A stretch of 63,813 nucleotides of DNA, filler included, from Octopus bimaculoides (GCF_001194135.2; 6 parts of 5 records of this genome joined end to end with filler, not necessarily neighbours in it); one strand, 5' to 3'. Counted from the first letter of the whole stretch, positions 36,951 through 50,631 are shown. Notes: generated from the sequence alone by a model not told the origin. Program-made: numbers and translations.

Positions 36951-37570
36951 GTATGTTAGCCTATTTTCATTTCACTCTAGATAGAAGAAATTCAATGAAA
37001 TCTTCCTTTAAACAGCTATTCTTGCTCTAGATGATAGAACGAGGTTACATATCTGAAGAGTGACCATATAAAAACAACTAAATTAACCCTTTTGTTATTA
37101 TATTTCTGACCAAAATACACACTTCATGGGTTTCAATTAAATTGTAAAATAATCATGAATTTAGACTAGTTTCATTAAACAACTGTAACTTTTTTTATTT
37201 ATCAGCTTATTAATGTGATATTTGGAACATAATTGAAGAAAGGGTTCTTAATCAATTCTATTGCATAATTTTTGTCGCAAAGTGACTCTAATTACAGGTA
37301 AATCCAGGTAAACTGAGCAAAATGTAAAAATATTTAAATTTTGTTTAAACATTACCATAGAAAATGAGTCCTCAGCTAATATTTAATTGAGATATGCAAC
37401 AAAATTTTGATATAGAACAAATGTGCTCACCACTAGATTATCAGGTGAATTTAATGCACAGAAGAACAGGTGTACCATAAAGGTAAAATAAACTGAAATA
37501 CTGGAATTTGCTTTTGAAGAAAACTAGAAAATTAAATACAACTGAATGAAATATACTCACACACATACAT

Positions 37571-37670
37571 NNNNNNNNNNNNNNNNNNNNNNNNNNNNNN
37601 NNNNNNNNNNNNNNTTAATTAATTAANNNNNNNNNNNNNNNNNNNNNNNNNNNNNNNNNNNNNNNNNNNN
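37571..37670. other. Artificial scaffold-join spacer
   Basis: 44 N + TTAATTAATTAA + 44 N. Confidence 0.95.
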
Positions 37671-37716
<46 letters not shown>

Positions 37717-38496
37717 TCTCATTTTTATATATATATATAGATGAGCGGAAATTGAACCGTTGAGTGTGTTAGATTTTAAGGCAGTATGACTCTCCACACA
37801 ACAAAATTCGATATAACACACGAATTTGTCATAAAGAATCTGACAAACAAGATACAAAAAGGAAGTACAATAACTTGTCTTCTTTCAAAATCGAATAGGT
37901 CACACATTTTAACTAATTTTAAAAATAAATAACTGCAACAAGAATAAAATTAAGAATAAACGGATAGCTATGCCATGAAGTACAAAGCATAAATAATGCA
38001 GTTAAATACAAATATAAGGATTGGAAGGGTTTTGAATCTGTCATGTTGCCAATAGAAATAAATAGCTAAAGGAAAGTGATGTTTCTATTCTTTTGTCCAA
38101 CTCCGGTATATATGCTCATAGACATATACACATACACACACACAAACACAAACACATAGACACACGTACATATATATACATGCATACATTTACATACATA
38201 CATGTATATACATGCATACACATACGTGCATACATACACATATATATATACATATATATATACATATATACATATATATCCATACATGCATAAATATATA
38301 TTATTTAATAGGTTTTAGTAAAGATAAGACTAAGCATTTATTAAGTGCTTAATTAGAATAGATTAATATAATTTGCAGGAAGGTTAACCGGCTTTAATAC
38401 TAACAAATTAATTACGTCACTTCAATACACCCACGCATCCGCATACGCACGTAAAACACATACAACAAAAGACATATACTTTTACGTAGACACGCG

Positions 38497-38540
<44 letters not shown>

Positions 38541-39478
38541 CATACACACACACGCACGCACGCATATACACGCACACACGCTCACACGCACACACACACA
38601 CACACACACCATAAATACAATAACACTCATCTCTCCAATTCACACAGAAATACTCAAGCACTTATATATTTCACCTACATTCATGTACACACAAATCAAA
38701 CACCCACGCTCGCACACGTCCGCGTATATGGATGTATGTAGACAGATAGATAGATAGATATGTTTCTTTATTAGCCACACAGGGCTCAANNNNNNNNNNN
38801 NNNNNNNNNNNNNNNNNNNNNNNNNNNNNNNNNNNNNNNNNNNNNNNNNNNNNNNNNNNNNNNNNNNNNNNNNNNNNNNNNNNNNNNNNATATATATATA
38901 TATATATATATATATATTACATTTACATATTAATATATAACCCAAGCGCAATATATATATCTATTTATACATATATATATACTCGCATTCCAGTATATGG
39001 AAAAGACGTCCTAAACAGCAAACCAGCTGTTAGCCAAGTTTTTCAACTCTACATTTAACCAAGTGACAATATAATCGGAAAAGAACACCAAAAGTGGTCA
39101 GTTGATAACCAAGTTTCAGAACTCATATCAAAGAGGCCAGTTATTTCTCAAACATATATATATATTCTATATTATACATCATATATTATATATATATATA
39201 TATATATATACATATATAAATATTCTCACATACAACAGTTAGACTTTGGACAAGAAAACTAGATAGTGGTAAGTATCCATTTTCTTTTTTTTTTTTGCTT
39301 TTTATCATTGCTTTTCCATTTTTCTTAATGGTAAACCCGTGTGTGTATGCGCGTGTGTGTGTGTGTGTGTGAGAGAGAGTGTGTGTGTTTGTGTGTACGT
39401 ATGCTTAAATATCGTATATCTGTTAGATTACGTATGTGAGTATAATGCATAAATATTTACGTATGAATGCGTATGCAG

Positions 39479-39564
<86 letters not shown>

Positions 39565-40140
39565 TTCTATGTATATATTTGTATATACCTAGAAATATGC
39601 GAGCATGTATGCATACATGCTCGTATATGTCTATCTGCATAGATATGTATACAGGTGTAGATATACATATAAACACATGTATACATACCTTTGTAAATGT
39701 GTATGTAAACATACATGTGTCAGTAAACCTGTGTATGTATAATGTATATGTACATGTATATACAGGTGAACAAGCATGTATAATACTTATATGTGCATGT
39801 GCAGGTGTGTTTGCTTGTGTGTGAGTGTGCGTGTGTGTTTTCATGATGCATATCTTTTTTATGGTCTAATTTTCTGATGTTCGAGTAAAAAAGTTTACCT
39901 AATTAGCTAAAAACACACACACGCACACACAAACAGAAACGGGAATATACATATATACAAATGCAGGTATGACATAACGAGTGACTAGGTCGAATCAAAT
40001 CCACCCGCTTGTCTTCCATCCACTTTCCGACCACCCAGCCTCACTCGGGAGCCTTGAGTCGCCCCGATCCGAAGGTAAAAGACATGTAGTGGAGCGAATC
40101 TATGTCTTCATGTGCGGCAAACCTACACAACTGTGCCTCC

Positions 40141-41460
40141 ATCCGACTTTGTTTCCTCATAACAACAGATAAAGGGATATTTTTAGATGAAATTTTTTTT
40201 ATAAATATGCTTCGAATGCTGCAGATTCTAATCATATCGGAATTTGTTGTGAAAAACTTTTCCGCGGGTGGGAAGGGAAATTTCTGAAAATTCACAAAAG
40301 TCGACTTTATTACCTCATAACTTTCAGAAAAATGAGTAATTTTAAATGAAATTTTCTACAAATACCTTTCAGGTGGTGTAGATTACGATTATATCGGAAT
40401 ATTTAATATGAAAAAGAAAGTGCTGGACTTGCACACATACATATTAACACGCATCGCAATTTTTTTACGAAATTTCAAGTTTCATTTTTTGATGTGCCAG
40501 GATATATGTGTGCAAGCCTATCAATTATGGGTTTTATATATATATATATATATATAAATTCCAATATGATCGTAATATACACCATCCGAAAAGTATATAT
40601 AGAAGATTTCATGAAAAAATATCCATTTTTCGCAAAGTTATGAGGAAACAAATTCAACACATGGGAATTTTCCGAAATTCCTCTCTCCGCACTCGGAAAA
40701 ACTTGTTCACAGCAAATTCCGATGTAATCAGAAACCTACACTAGCTGAAACATGTTTGTAGAAAATTTCATTAAAAAATATCTATTTTTCTGGAAGCTGT
40801 GAGGAAACAAAACCGGTGTGTGTCCAGAAATACATCGTATACAAACATACATGCATACATAAACATATTTAGGCATATATATGTCTCCGTCTCTCACCGA
40901 TTCTGTTACCTCAAAACTTTCAGAAAATAGGATTCTTTTAATGAAACTTTATATAAATGTATACCAGGTTAATGTACATTCCGACTGTATCGGAATTTAA
41001 TGCGAATAAAATGTTGGTGGGCTCGCACATAAACATACTGACATCATAGAGACACCAACAAAATGAAACTTGAAAATTTGACAAAAATATGTGTCGTGAG
41101 CCTGGATGTATGTTTGTGCGCCTACCAGTTCTGGTTTTCTATTTTTTCTGTTGTTGTTGTTTTTGTTTTTTGTTTTCTTCACATACAAATTCCGATATAA
41201 CCCATATCTACATCATCTGAGGGGTATTTGTAGAAATTTTCACCTAAAAATACGCGTTTTTCTGAAAGTTATGAAGAAATATATTCAACTCGTGTGAATT
41301 ATCCGAAACTCCTCTCTCCCTATATCGGAATTTGTAGTGAATAATTTTTCACTGCAAATTCCGATATAGTTGGAATCTACTCCATCTGAAAGGTATTTGT
41401 AGAATATTTCTTTGGAAAATATCCATTCTTTTCCAAGATATAACGAAACAAATTTGGTGG
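40141..41460. mobile_element. Cluster of foldback elements built from a ~150-bp unit in alternating orientation
   Basis: + units at ~40141, 40298 and 40900; - units at ~40540, 40690, 41180 and 41345; shared TCCTCATAAC/GTTATGAGGA, TTCTACAAA/TTTGTAGAA and ATCGGAATTT/AAATTCCGAT motifs. Confidence 0.75.
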
Positions 41461-41714
41461 GGCACGCTTGTGCAGATATACCCACGTTTATTCATATAAA
41501 CACATGCTTACTTGCAAGCAGACGTGTAAACAAGCAAGAAAGTGTTTATGTATATGTGCGCGCGTTTGTTTGTAGACACACACACGTACATACGTTCATA
41601 CGCATACATATATAACAAAGACAAATACCCATATATACGTTATGACACGTGGACACGCACATACACACGCATTTAATATATATTGTATATGTATATACCT
41701 ATGAGCGGCTTTGA

Positions 41715-41880
41715 GTTTGTGCTTGCTCTGCCACCACCGCCTGACAACAAGCGTTCGCTTATTTACGTCATCGTAACATAGAGTTCGGCATCTTAAGAAA
41801 CCAGGGTCCGATTCGCTCGACTAAAACCCTTCAAGGCGATGCCCCAGCATGGCCACAGTCAAATGACTGAAACAAGAGAT
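41715..41880 (+). mobile_element. SINE family B 3' half
   Basis: GGCGATGCCCCAGCATGGCCACAGTCAAATGACTGAAACAAG. Confidence 0.8.
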
Positions 41881-42547
41881 AGATTAAAGATGCAAACACA
41901 CACACACACACACATACACACAACAAAAACGGTGAACAGATTCAAGCGGAACATAACTTACTTGAAACTTAAGTGAGACTAATCCAGCCGGTGCTCAACG
42001 AGATTTGCTAGAAATAGCAGCCAAACATCTCTCAAATCACACTCAATAGGCTTCCAAAGCGGGAATGTAGTGTCCTTAAGACATAACGTCTGCAAAGTAA
42101 AATACTGAGGGATAGTCACGGCTGGAAAGTCTTCCATCCTATGTCTGATCAATCAGTGTTTATTAAGCTTTTTTACAAAGTCCCATGAACATCACCGGAA
42201 TCACTTGCTAGAAACAGCAGGCAAACCTTCCTCAACTGGAAGATATATGAAAACATACGGGATGATCATGGCTGGAACGGTACTGATCCTAGACCTGCTC
42301 TCAGCAGAGGATGAAACATCGAAGGCGAGTCAACTGCGTCGCGCGACTACTAGATATAGCAGCCAAGTCTCCCCAGAAAGTACATGCTACTGTACTGAAC
42401 AGGGACGGGTCGCGTTAGATTATGTAGTCCCGGGGTAACACCTTAAAGAGACAGGATGGTCACGGCCGGAATAGATTTGATTAGAGCTTTGACCCGGGTT
42501 AAACAGCTGCAACGGCATGCTTGTTATGCAACAGCGCGAGCAGCAGC

Positions 42548-42590
42548 TATAAAAGGCGCAGCAGCAGCAACATCAACATCAACAGTGGCA
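42548..42590 (+). promoter_or_regulatory. Candidate TATA core promoter
   Basis: GCAGC-TATAAAAG-GCGCAGC in a GC-rich context, with CA-containing initiator-like sites 25-30 nt downstream; no transcript evidence. Confidence 0.35.
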
Positions 42591-42725
42591 GCACGAAACT
42601 AATTAAAGCACGCACCTTGCCTGTCAACAACAACAACAACAACAATAATCATTACACAGAAATAACAGCACTGACAATTACAACAGGCACTACTACTGCT
42701 GATATTACAACTATTACTGGTGGTG

Positions 42726-42776
<51 letters not shown>

Positions 42777-42806
42777 CGATATTAAGTACGATTTAATATT
42801 CTTATA

Positions 42807-43095
<289 letters not shown>

Positions 43096-43398
43096 TGGTG
43101 GTATGAGTACAGACCGGTTGTTGATCAAACTAAGTCCTAAAAATCATGCGGTTTTATTTTTAGTCATCCTTTTTTTCAATTCTTTCTTATAATTTCTCTG
43201 CAATTCGTGTATCTCGGGACCCATTATCCAATACGTTCTTTCTTTTGGGTTATAAGCATGTGGTCGTATGGGTTCTTCGCTGTTATTTCTAGCAGGTCGA
43301 CCGCGGAAGAGGGTTGTCGCTTTCGTATGTAAACAGACTGAGAGATGCAACATGATGCAGCTGACAATAACATATGCTCTCTCACTCACACACACACG

Positions 43399-43429
<31 letters not shown>

Positions 43430-43559
43430 ATACACACATACATACTCGCTCACACATACTCGCTCACACACATGCACACAGGCCCACACAAACACACAGA
43501 CGTATATATCTGTCTACTGACACACACATAAAGACATTTACGGAGACAGGCATGAACTT

Positions 43560-43742
43560 TTATAAACACAGGCGTGGCAACGTCGTTCGTTGACAAGCGA
43601 GAAGCTTGCTTCCGTTACATGGGTCTTGCGTTCAATCCCACGACGCGGCACTTTCGGGTCTAGTGTCTACTAGTTTAGCCCTAGGCGGACCAAAGTCTTA
43701 TGAGTGAATTTAGTCAACGGAAACTGGAAGAAGCCCGTTATG
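43560..43742 (+). mobile_element. SINE family B 5' half (degenerate)
   Basis: GCGTTCAATCCCAC..GCGGCAC...GACCAAAGTCTTATGAGTGAATTT..AACGGAAACTGGAAGAAGCCCGT. Confidence 0.75.
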
Positions 43743-43879
43743 TATACTGGACCGCTGAAATCTACAAGTTCTTTTCATTCTCTCTCTGTTTATTTTCTCT
43801 TATTCCTTTCCGTTGAAGAGCATAGGCTCGAAACATAAAAGACCTTTTCATTTCCCCGAGGGTCAAATTAATACACTTG

Positions 43880-44186
43880 CTTGTTAGGGCATTCAGCTCA
43901 CGATCGTAAGGTCGTGAGTTCAATTCCCGTCGACGCATTGTGTCCTTGATCAAGACACTTTATTTCACGTTGCTCCAGTCCACTCAGCTGGCAAAAATGA
44001 GTAGTACCTGTATCTAAAAGGGCCGGCCTTATCACACTCTGTATCACGCTGACTCTCGTTGAGAACAACGTTAAAGGTGCACGTGTCTGTGGAGTGCTCA
44101 GCCACTTGCACGTTAATTTCACGAGCAACCTGTTCCGTTGATCGCATCAGCTGGGACCTTCGTCGTCGTAGCTGACGGAGTGCTCT
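43880..44186 (+). mobile_element. tRNA-derived SINE family C
   Basis: Head GTTAGGGCATTCAGCTCACGATCGTAAGGTCGTGAGTTCAATTCCC; core GTGTCCTTGA.CAAGACACTTTATTTCACGTTGCTCCAGTCCACTCAGC; tail GTCGTAGCTGACGGAGTGC. Confidence 0.85.
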
Positions 44187-44424
44187 TATATATATANNNN
44201 NNNNNNNNNNNNNNNNNNNNNNNNNNNNNNNNNNNNNNNNNNNNNNNNNNNNNNNNNNNNNNNNNNNNNNNNNNNNNNNNNNNNNNNCACCACCACTCGA
44301 TAGTTCGTTTTGGTTTATGCCCCCGAGATATAGCGATTCGGCAAAAAGAGTTTGATAAAATAAGTACCAGGCTTTAAAAAAAAAGATGCATAATTGCTGG
44401 GGTCGGTTTGTTCGACTAAACTAT

Positions 44425-44571
44425 GATCCATGAACCCTTGGTGGTCCGGATAGGTAGTTCTAGGGGTCCGCCAGCATGTTAAACTGTCAGAACTTTCAAT
44501 ATTCTGTGGTCCGCTGGAAAACTCGTTTGAATAAAAGAGGTCCTTGGTAGTAAAAGGGTTCGGAACCACTG
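44425..44571. mobile_element. hAT-Charlie-type MITE, right end
   Basis: GGTTCGGAACCACTG is the reverse complement of a CAGTGGTTCC-type TIR. Confidence 0.5.
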
Positions 44572-44764
44572 GACTAAACCCTAGAAAAGCTAGAATTTTC
44601 GAATAAGGGAAGAGAATGGCTAACATGCATTTTATGGGTACAATCTGTAAGTGGAACAGTTAAGATATGCAAGACTTTTTCTAAACTTCGATATGCAGCA
44701 ATTACCGTTGTTAATCCAAATTCCATCGATGGCGCTTCTGCTTATACACACATGCACATATATA

Positions 44765-44962
44765 TTTAAGGGTGTCATGAAAACCCTGGCTGGAGGCCCA
44801 ACTTTCCGAGTTCTTTTACAGGGCTTAGAAAGAAAAACTGAAGGACCGTTGCAATAAGTGTGTGAATCTGAGAGGAAAATATGTTGAATAAAATCATAAT
44901 TAACTGATCCTCCTGTATTTTCTTTTACCCGAAACCAGGAGTTTTTTAGAACCTTCTCGTAT
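44765..44962 (+). mobile_element. Mariner-derived MITE
   Basis: Homologous to 15775-15910; ends AAACCAGGAG...TTCTCGTA, the right TIR plus TA. Confidence 0.75.
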
Positions 44963-45274
44963 ACATACGTTTACACATGTACGCATGCGTGTACACATGC
45001 ATGCACACACACACACACACGAGCGCCCCCCCCCCACACACACACGTACACACACGTAGAGACACATGTGTCGATTTAATAAAAGTAAACATTTAGCCTC
45101 TCTTTGACACCAGACCACGTGGTTATAAAGGCTCCTGTCACTCAAGGTTAATCGTTTCACAGCACTCTAGAAAGTGCCCCACCAGAGCTCGGATTCGAAC
45201 AAAGATACGCGCGCGCGTGTCTGTGAGTGTGTACATATGTATACAGATAGATAGACGGATAGAGATAGATAAGC

Positions 45275-45311
<37 letters not shown>

Positions 45312-45324
45312 CATATACATATAT

Positions 45325-45485
45325 AGGCGTAGCTATGTGGTAAGTAGCTTGTTTACCAACCACATGGTTCCGGATTCAGTCCCACTGCGTGACACCTTCG
45401 GCAAGTGTCTTGTACTATAGCTTCGGGCTGATCAAAGCCTTGTGAATGGATTTCGTAGACGGGAACTGAAAGAAGCCCGCCATGT
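45325..45485 (+). mobile_element. SINE family B 5' half
   Basis: GGCGTAGCTATGTGGTAAGTAGCTTG...GATTCAGTCCCACTGCG. Confidence 0.85.
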
Positions 45486-45672
45486 ATGTAAGAGTGAGAG
45501 AAAGTTGGGGCAAAAGAGTACAACAGGGGTCGCCACCATCCCCTGCCGGAACCTCGTGGAGCTTTAGGTGTTTTTCGCTCAATAAACACTCACAACGGCC
45601 CGGTCTGGGAATCGAAATCGCGATCCTCCGACCACGTGTCCGCTGCCCTGACCACTGGACCATTGCGCCTCC
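45485..45672 (-). mobile_element. SINE family D 5' portion
   Basis: Reverse complement GGAGGCGCAATGGTCCAGTGGTCAGGGCAGCGGAC...TTTCGATTCCCAGACCGGGC. Confidence 0.85.
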
Positions 45673-45858
45673 ACATATCAATATACTTACTGTTAAAAAA
45701 GTCGGGTGTGCGTGCGTGCGTACGGTTACTTAATAAATGAAAAAATACATCGTAAATGAACGACAGATTTAAAAAAACGTTTACGTATATGGAGGGTACA
45801 ACCGGACGAGTCCCTAATTCTTCATACACACACACACACACACACACACAGCCATGCC

Positions 45859-45947
<89 letters not shown>

Positions 45948-46645
45948 GATCCGAAGCTGACCCAGCAGCTAAGATTCGTGTCTCCACGACATCGATAACT
46001 CAAGAATCGATACGTCCTGACATTGACTATCGTCGCAGATGAAATCAGGGCGTAAAATACAGGAAGAAATACCTGACGGTATTTCTTCTAACTTCCTAAT
46101 AATACCCACAATGCACTGTGTAGGACTTCTATTATAATTTGTCGACCCTGAAGAGATGACCAGCAATGTTGATTTCAGCCGGATTTGAACACAGAATGTA
46201 AAGAACAGAAATAGCTACGGCTTTTTGTTTACCCTGTTGCATACGATATACTGTTTGGCTCTTTATTTTATCTGCCGAACTGCAGTGTAAGGGGGACGTA
46301 AACAAACGAACCTTGGCTGTCAAACGGTGTTAACAAGTTATGGACAGAGTCAGTCATTAAGATGTGTGCATACACACACACATCACACATCACACACACA
46401 CACATCACACACACACATCACACATCACACACATCACACACACACGCACTCATACACGTACGCACATGTGTGTTCGTACACACACAAACATACCCCCACC
46501 ACCCCCACATCAGGCGCATGTACGCACTCACGTACATACACACACACACACAAACGTAATCCACACGCACACACAGACACACGCACACACCACACCATGA
46601 CACACGCACGCATTCTTACACACATACACACGTACACACACGGTC

Positions 46646-46685
<40 letters not shown>

Positions 46686-47057
46686 TACAAACACCACCAC
46701 CACATCAGGCGCACGTACGCACTCACATACATACACAGACACACACACAGACGTAATGCACACGCACACACCACNNNNNNNNNNNNNNNNNNNNNNNNNN
46801 NNNNNNNNNNNNNNNNNNNNNNNNNNNNNNNNNNNNNNNNNNNNNNNNNNNNNNNNNNNNNNNNNNNNNNNNNNNNNNNNNNNNNNNNNNNNNNNNNNNN
46901 NNNNNNNNNNNNNNNNNNNNNNNNNNNNNNNNNNNNNNNNNNNNNNNNNNNNNNNNNNNNNNNNNNNNNNNNNNNNNNNNNNNNNNNNNNNNNNNNNNNN
47001 NNNNNNNNNNNNNNNNNNNNNNNNNNNNNNNNNNNNNNNNNNNNNTGATATTCGAAG

Positions 47058-47365
47058 CATACAAATGGCACTCCGTCGGTTACGACGACGCGAGTTCCAG
47101 TTGATCCGATCAACGGAGCTGTCTGCTCGTGAAATTAACGTGTAAGTGGTTGAGTGCTTCACAGACACGCGTGCCCTAAACGTTGTTTTCAGGGGGACTT
47201 AGCGTGACACAGAATGTGACAAAGCTGGCCCTTTTGAAATACAGGTATAACCTATTCTTGGCAGCTAAGAGGACTGGAGCAACGTGAAATGAAGTGTCTT
47301 GCTCAAGGACACAACGCGTCGCCGGGAATCGAACTCATGACTTTGAGCCGATGACCCTAACCGTG
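47058..47365 (-). mobile_element. SINE family C
   Basis: Reverse complement of the 43880-44186 family. Confidence 0.85.
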
Positions 47366-47677
47366 CCCTCGCGGACGCTTTTACACAGGAATTCTATATA
47401 CACACACGATGGTGGGTAATAAAGACGGAATGGAGAGAGAGAGAGAATGAGAGAGGGGGAGTAAGAGAGAGAGGGCGGGGGAAGATGGAGAAAGAGGAAA
47501 GAAGAGTCTGTGTTATGTAGTAGGAGGAGGAAGAAAGAGGAGAGGTAAAGGAATAATAAAAAGGAGTGAGAGAGAGAGAGAGAGAGAGAGAAAGAAAGAA
47601 AGAAGGAAAGAAAGAAAGAAGGAAAGAAAGAAAGAAGGAAAGAAAGAAAGAAAAGAGAGGGAGACGGACGGGTAGAC

Positions 47678-47721
<44 letters not shown>

Positions 47722-47723
47722 GC

Positions 47724-47781
<58 letters not shown>

Positions 47782-48271
47782 CAAACTGCTTCAAGAGAGC
47801 TAGGGAAAGGGAGGTTACTACGGGAAATCCAGAACGTAGTAGTAGTAGTGGTGGTGGTGGCGGTGGTAGTAGTAGTAGCAGCAGCAGTTATAGTAGTAGA
47901 AGTAACATATTCGGTCCAATAGCAGCTCTGGTAGATTCCATTCATAAAATATTTCCTCCGGAAGAGGAATAAAAAATTATTCGTTCACACTGTGTACGTG
48001 TGTTCGATTACACTTGCCAGAGTGACGGTTAAACTTGCATCGTATTGTACTTCTTATGTTCATTGTGGGACCAGTCTCTCTCTACACACTGTCATACGGT
48101 GATGTACAGCCGAGTGTGACGACCATGTGGTTGTGTCTCGAGAAGCAGGGCAAATCATGTGTTGCGTAGAGAGATGAGAGATGTGTTGTGTAACAGTTAA
48201 GTGTAGCGCTGGCTTTGCGAAGTGTGCGGACCACATGTGACGACCACTTCTTATACGTGTTCGCTCTAGAA

Positions 48272-48557
48272 CAGGGGTCGGGGAACTTTTTAACCAATTA
48301 CTCCGACGTTGCCCCCTTGATTCAAAAGGACGAAAATCATAGATTCTTTGAATTCGAAAGGTTTATTGAATCAATTTGGCGTGACGTCTCCTAAACACAT
48401 TGAACAAATGCAATGTTGTCAAAATAAATTTTCTGTCGTAACAAGAAACACGTTTTTTATGTAATCTTACTTACGTCTAATGAGTCCTCATTAGACATAA
48501 GTAAGAATTTCGTTTTTACCCTACTAAGGGTAATTTACCCCGGTTTGCCGACCCCTG
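48272..48557. mobile_element. hAT-Charlie-type MITE (286 bp)
   Basis: TIRs CAGGGGTCGGGGAAC / GTTTGCCGACCCCTG (13/15 match); left flank CTCTAGAA fits the NTCTAGAN target; right flank GCCTGGAA (5/8). Confidence 0.75.
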
Positions 48558-48724
48558 GCCTGGAAGGTGCTGTATATGCCGGCATATAAGACGTGCTATT
48601 TTTTTATATATATAGTTTCTTAGACATATCAAGAATTTGTCATGCGTCTAATGTAACCGGAGATGAGAACACGAGTCTATGAATGTATAATGAGTGAAAT
48701 TTTTTTTTTCTTTTCACAAAATTT

Positions 48725-48875
48725 GTGCTATGTAGTATGCTTCCAAACCACATGGTTCCGGGTTCAGTCCCACTGTGCGACACGTTGGGCAAGTGACTTC
48801 TACTACAGATTCGGGCCGACCAAATCCTTGTGAGTGGATTTGGTAGACGGAAACTGAAAGAAGCATGTCGTATAT
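48725..48875 (+). mobile_element. SINE family B 5' half
   Basis: CCAACCACATGGTTCCGGGTTCAGTCCCACTG...GGTAGACGGAAACTGAAAGAAGC. Confidence 0.85.
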
Positions 48876-48964
48876 ATGATTTTATTAACAGTGTGATTTG
48901 AGGTAACTTGGCTGCGGTATCTAGCAAGCCGAATGACTTTGATATAGCTTTACCGAATTACAAA

Positions 48965-49330
48965 TGTCCGTCTATCCATCCATCCTCTCCACCCGCTATT
49001 CCTGGGAGAGTTGTGGGGAAGGGGTCCTTAGGCAACTTCTCGGTGGGGTCCTATCAGAAACAACCCTCATTACACCTTCCGGGTGGATTCCCAAGTCTGA
49101 CGAATTGGGATTATACATATCATCCAACCACTTCGTTCTTGATCTACCCCTAGTTCTCCTGCCAGCTGGCTCATCTTGAAGAATTCGTCTTGCAATTCTT
49201 TACCGAGACCTTCTGATCACATGTCCATTGTACCGGAACTGTGCCTTCTTTAATCGAAGAAGTAGTGGCTTGACTCGAAGAGACTTCCCTGATTTCCGAG
49301 CTTCGCAGCTTGCCAAGTAACGTTACTTAA
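48965..49330 (-). mobile_element. RTE (Rex3/Expander-like) LINE 3' end with (GGAT)n tail
   Basis: LRLKKAQFRYNGHVIR...RILQDEPAGRRTRGRSRTKWLD..., ending GGATGGATGGAT. Confidence 0.75.
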
Positions 49331-50007
49331 GAAATCCTTCAAGGAAACTTCACTTCGACCGCTTGTGTCGATTTAATGTGCAGAGTCCTGAAAAATGTAT
49401 GGGCCAATATTACTTGGAACCAGTGTGGTCTCGAAACCTTGTCATGTGTGGAAGTGGTTATGAAGGAGCGCAGGTTTGAAATGAGATTGCCCTCTCCTAC
49501 AGGGTCTAGTTTCTCGGCTGGACAAGTTGCAACCAACCGAAAGCATTGGTTTTTATTGCTCCAGCCCTCGCCCACATTCTTCCGTATCAAGAGAAAAGAG
49601 TTCCCCTGGAATTAAGGGTTAAACCACATGAGAAAGTTAGGATTTGGAATCGGTTATCAGAGGCTGTTTAAGACGCATGCCCTAAATGAACACTGTGGCA
49701 CAACTTCCTTACCAACTTGGAACCACACGCACACACACACGCACAGCACAACGCAGCAGAGCACACACATATGTATATTAAGCGGCTAGCCAGGTCGCAA
49801 ATCTTAGGCTGATGAGACCTGCTACTGGTGCCATACAAACAAATGCTACCTGCTTCGTGACTGAAACCGGATCCCCTCCCTTGAGCAGTTTGCTACTCTT
49901 GTGAGATGGGTGTCTGGACAACCAGCAGGACTAATAACAAGATCTGTCGAAGGGCGAATGAGCTTCCAATGGGACAACGCCCATCCAGTTGGGGGAGGCA
50001 TATGTGT

Positions 50008-50345
50008 TGGCACTCTGTCGCTTACGACGTCGAGGGTTCCAGTTGATCCGATTGACGGAACAGCCTGCTCGTGAAATCAACGTGCAAGTGGCTGAGCACT
50101 CCACAGACACGTGTACCCTTAACGTAGTTCTCGGNNNNNNNNNNGAGCACTCCACAGACACGTGTACCCTTAACGTAGTTCTCGGGGATATTCAGCGTGA
50201 CACAGTGTGACAAGGCTGACCCTTTGAATTACAGGCACAACAGAAACAGGAAGTGAGAGTGAGAGAAAGTTGTGGTGAGAGAGTACAGCAGCGATCCTAT
50301 GACCACGAGTCAACTGCCCTAACCACTGGGCCATTGCGCCTCCAC
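50008..50345 (-). mobile_element. SINE family C 3' part (to ~50240) abutting an internally deleted family D copy (50255-50345)
   Basis: Matches to the C tail and to the D head CTAACCACTGGGCCATTGCGCCTCC. Confidence 0.75.
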
Positions 50346-50631
50346 GGGGAAGGCATATAGAGTTATAGTAATATCTGAATGTCTGACTGGATTTCTGAAA
50401 GTGTTTCTGTAATTTAAATGGGTTGACAATTAAATCAACCTATTCATTACTCTCCTATATATACATATATACATTTGTGTGAATGCTTTTTTTTACTGTG
50501 GCTATTACGTTCATCATATCTATCTCTTCGCCAATATTATCAGCTTTTCACCTCTCTTTCTCTCTCTCTCTTCCTCCCTCTCTCTCTATCTTCCATCTCC
50601 ATTCAGGCTCATCACGACGATCGCTGTCACT

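Noticed and set aside
49808-49880. CTGATGAGACC...GAAACCGGATC
   Set aside because: Stem II and stem I do not pair convincingly.
50095-50190. Direct duplication flanking a short N gap
   Set aside because: Typical unmerged contig overlap artefact.
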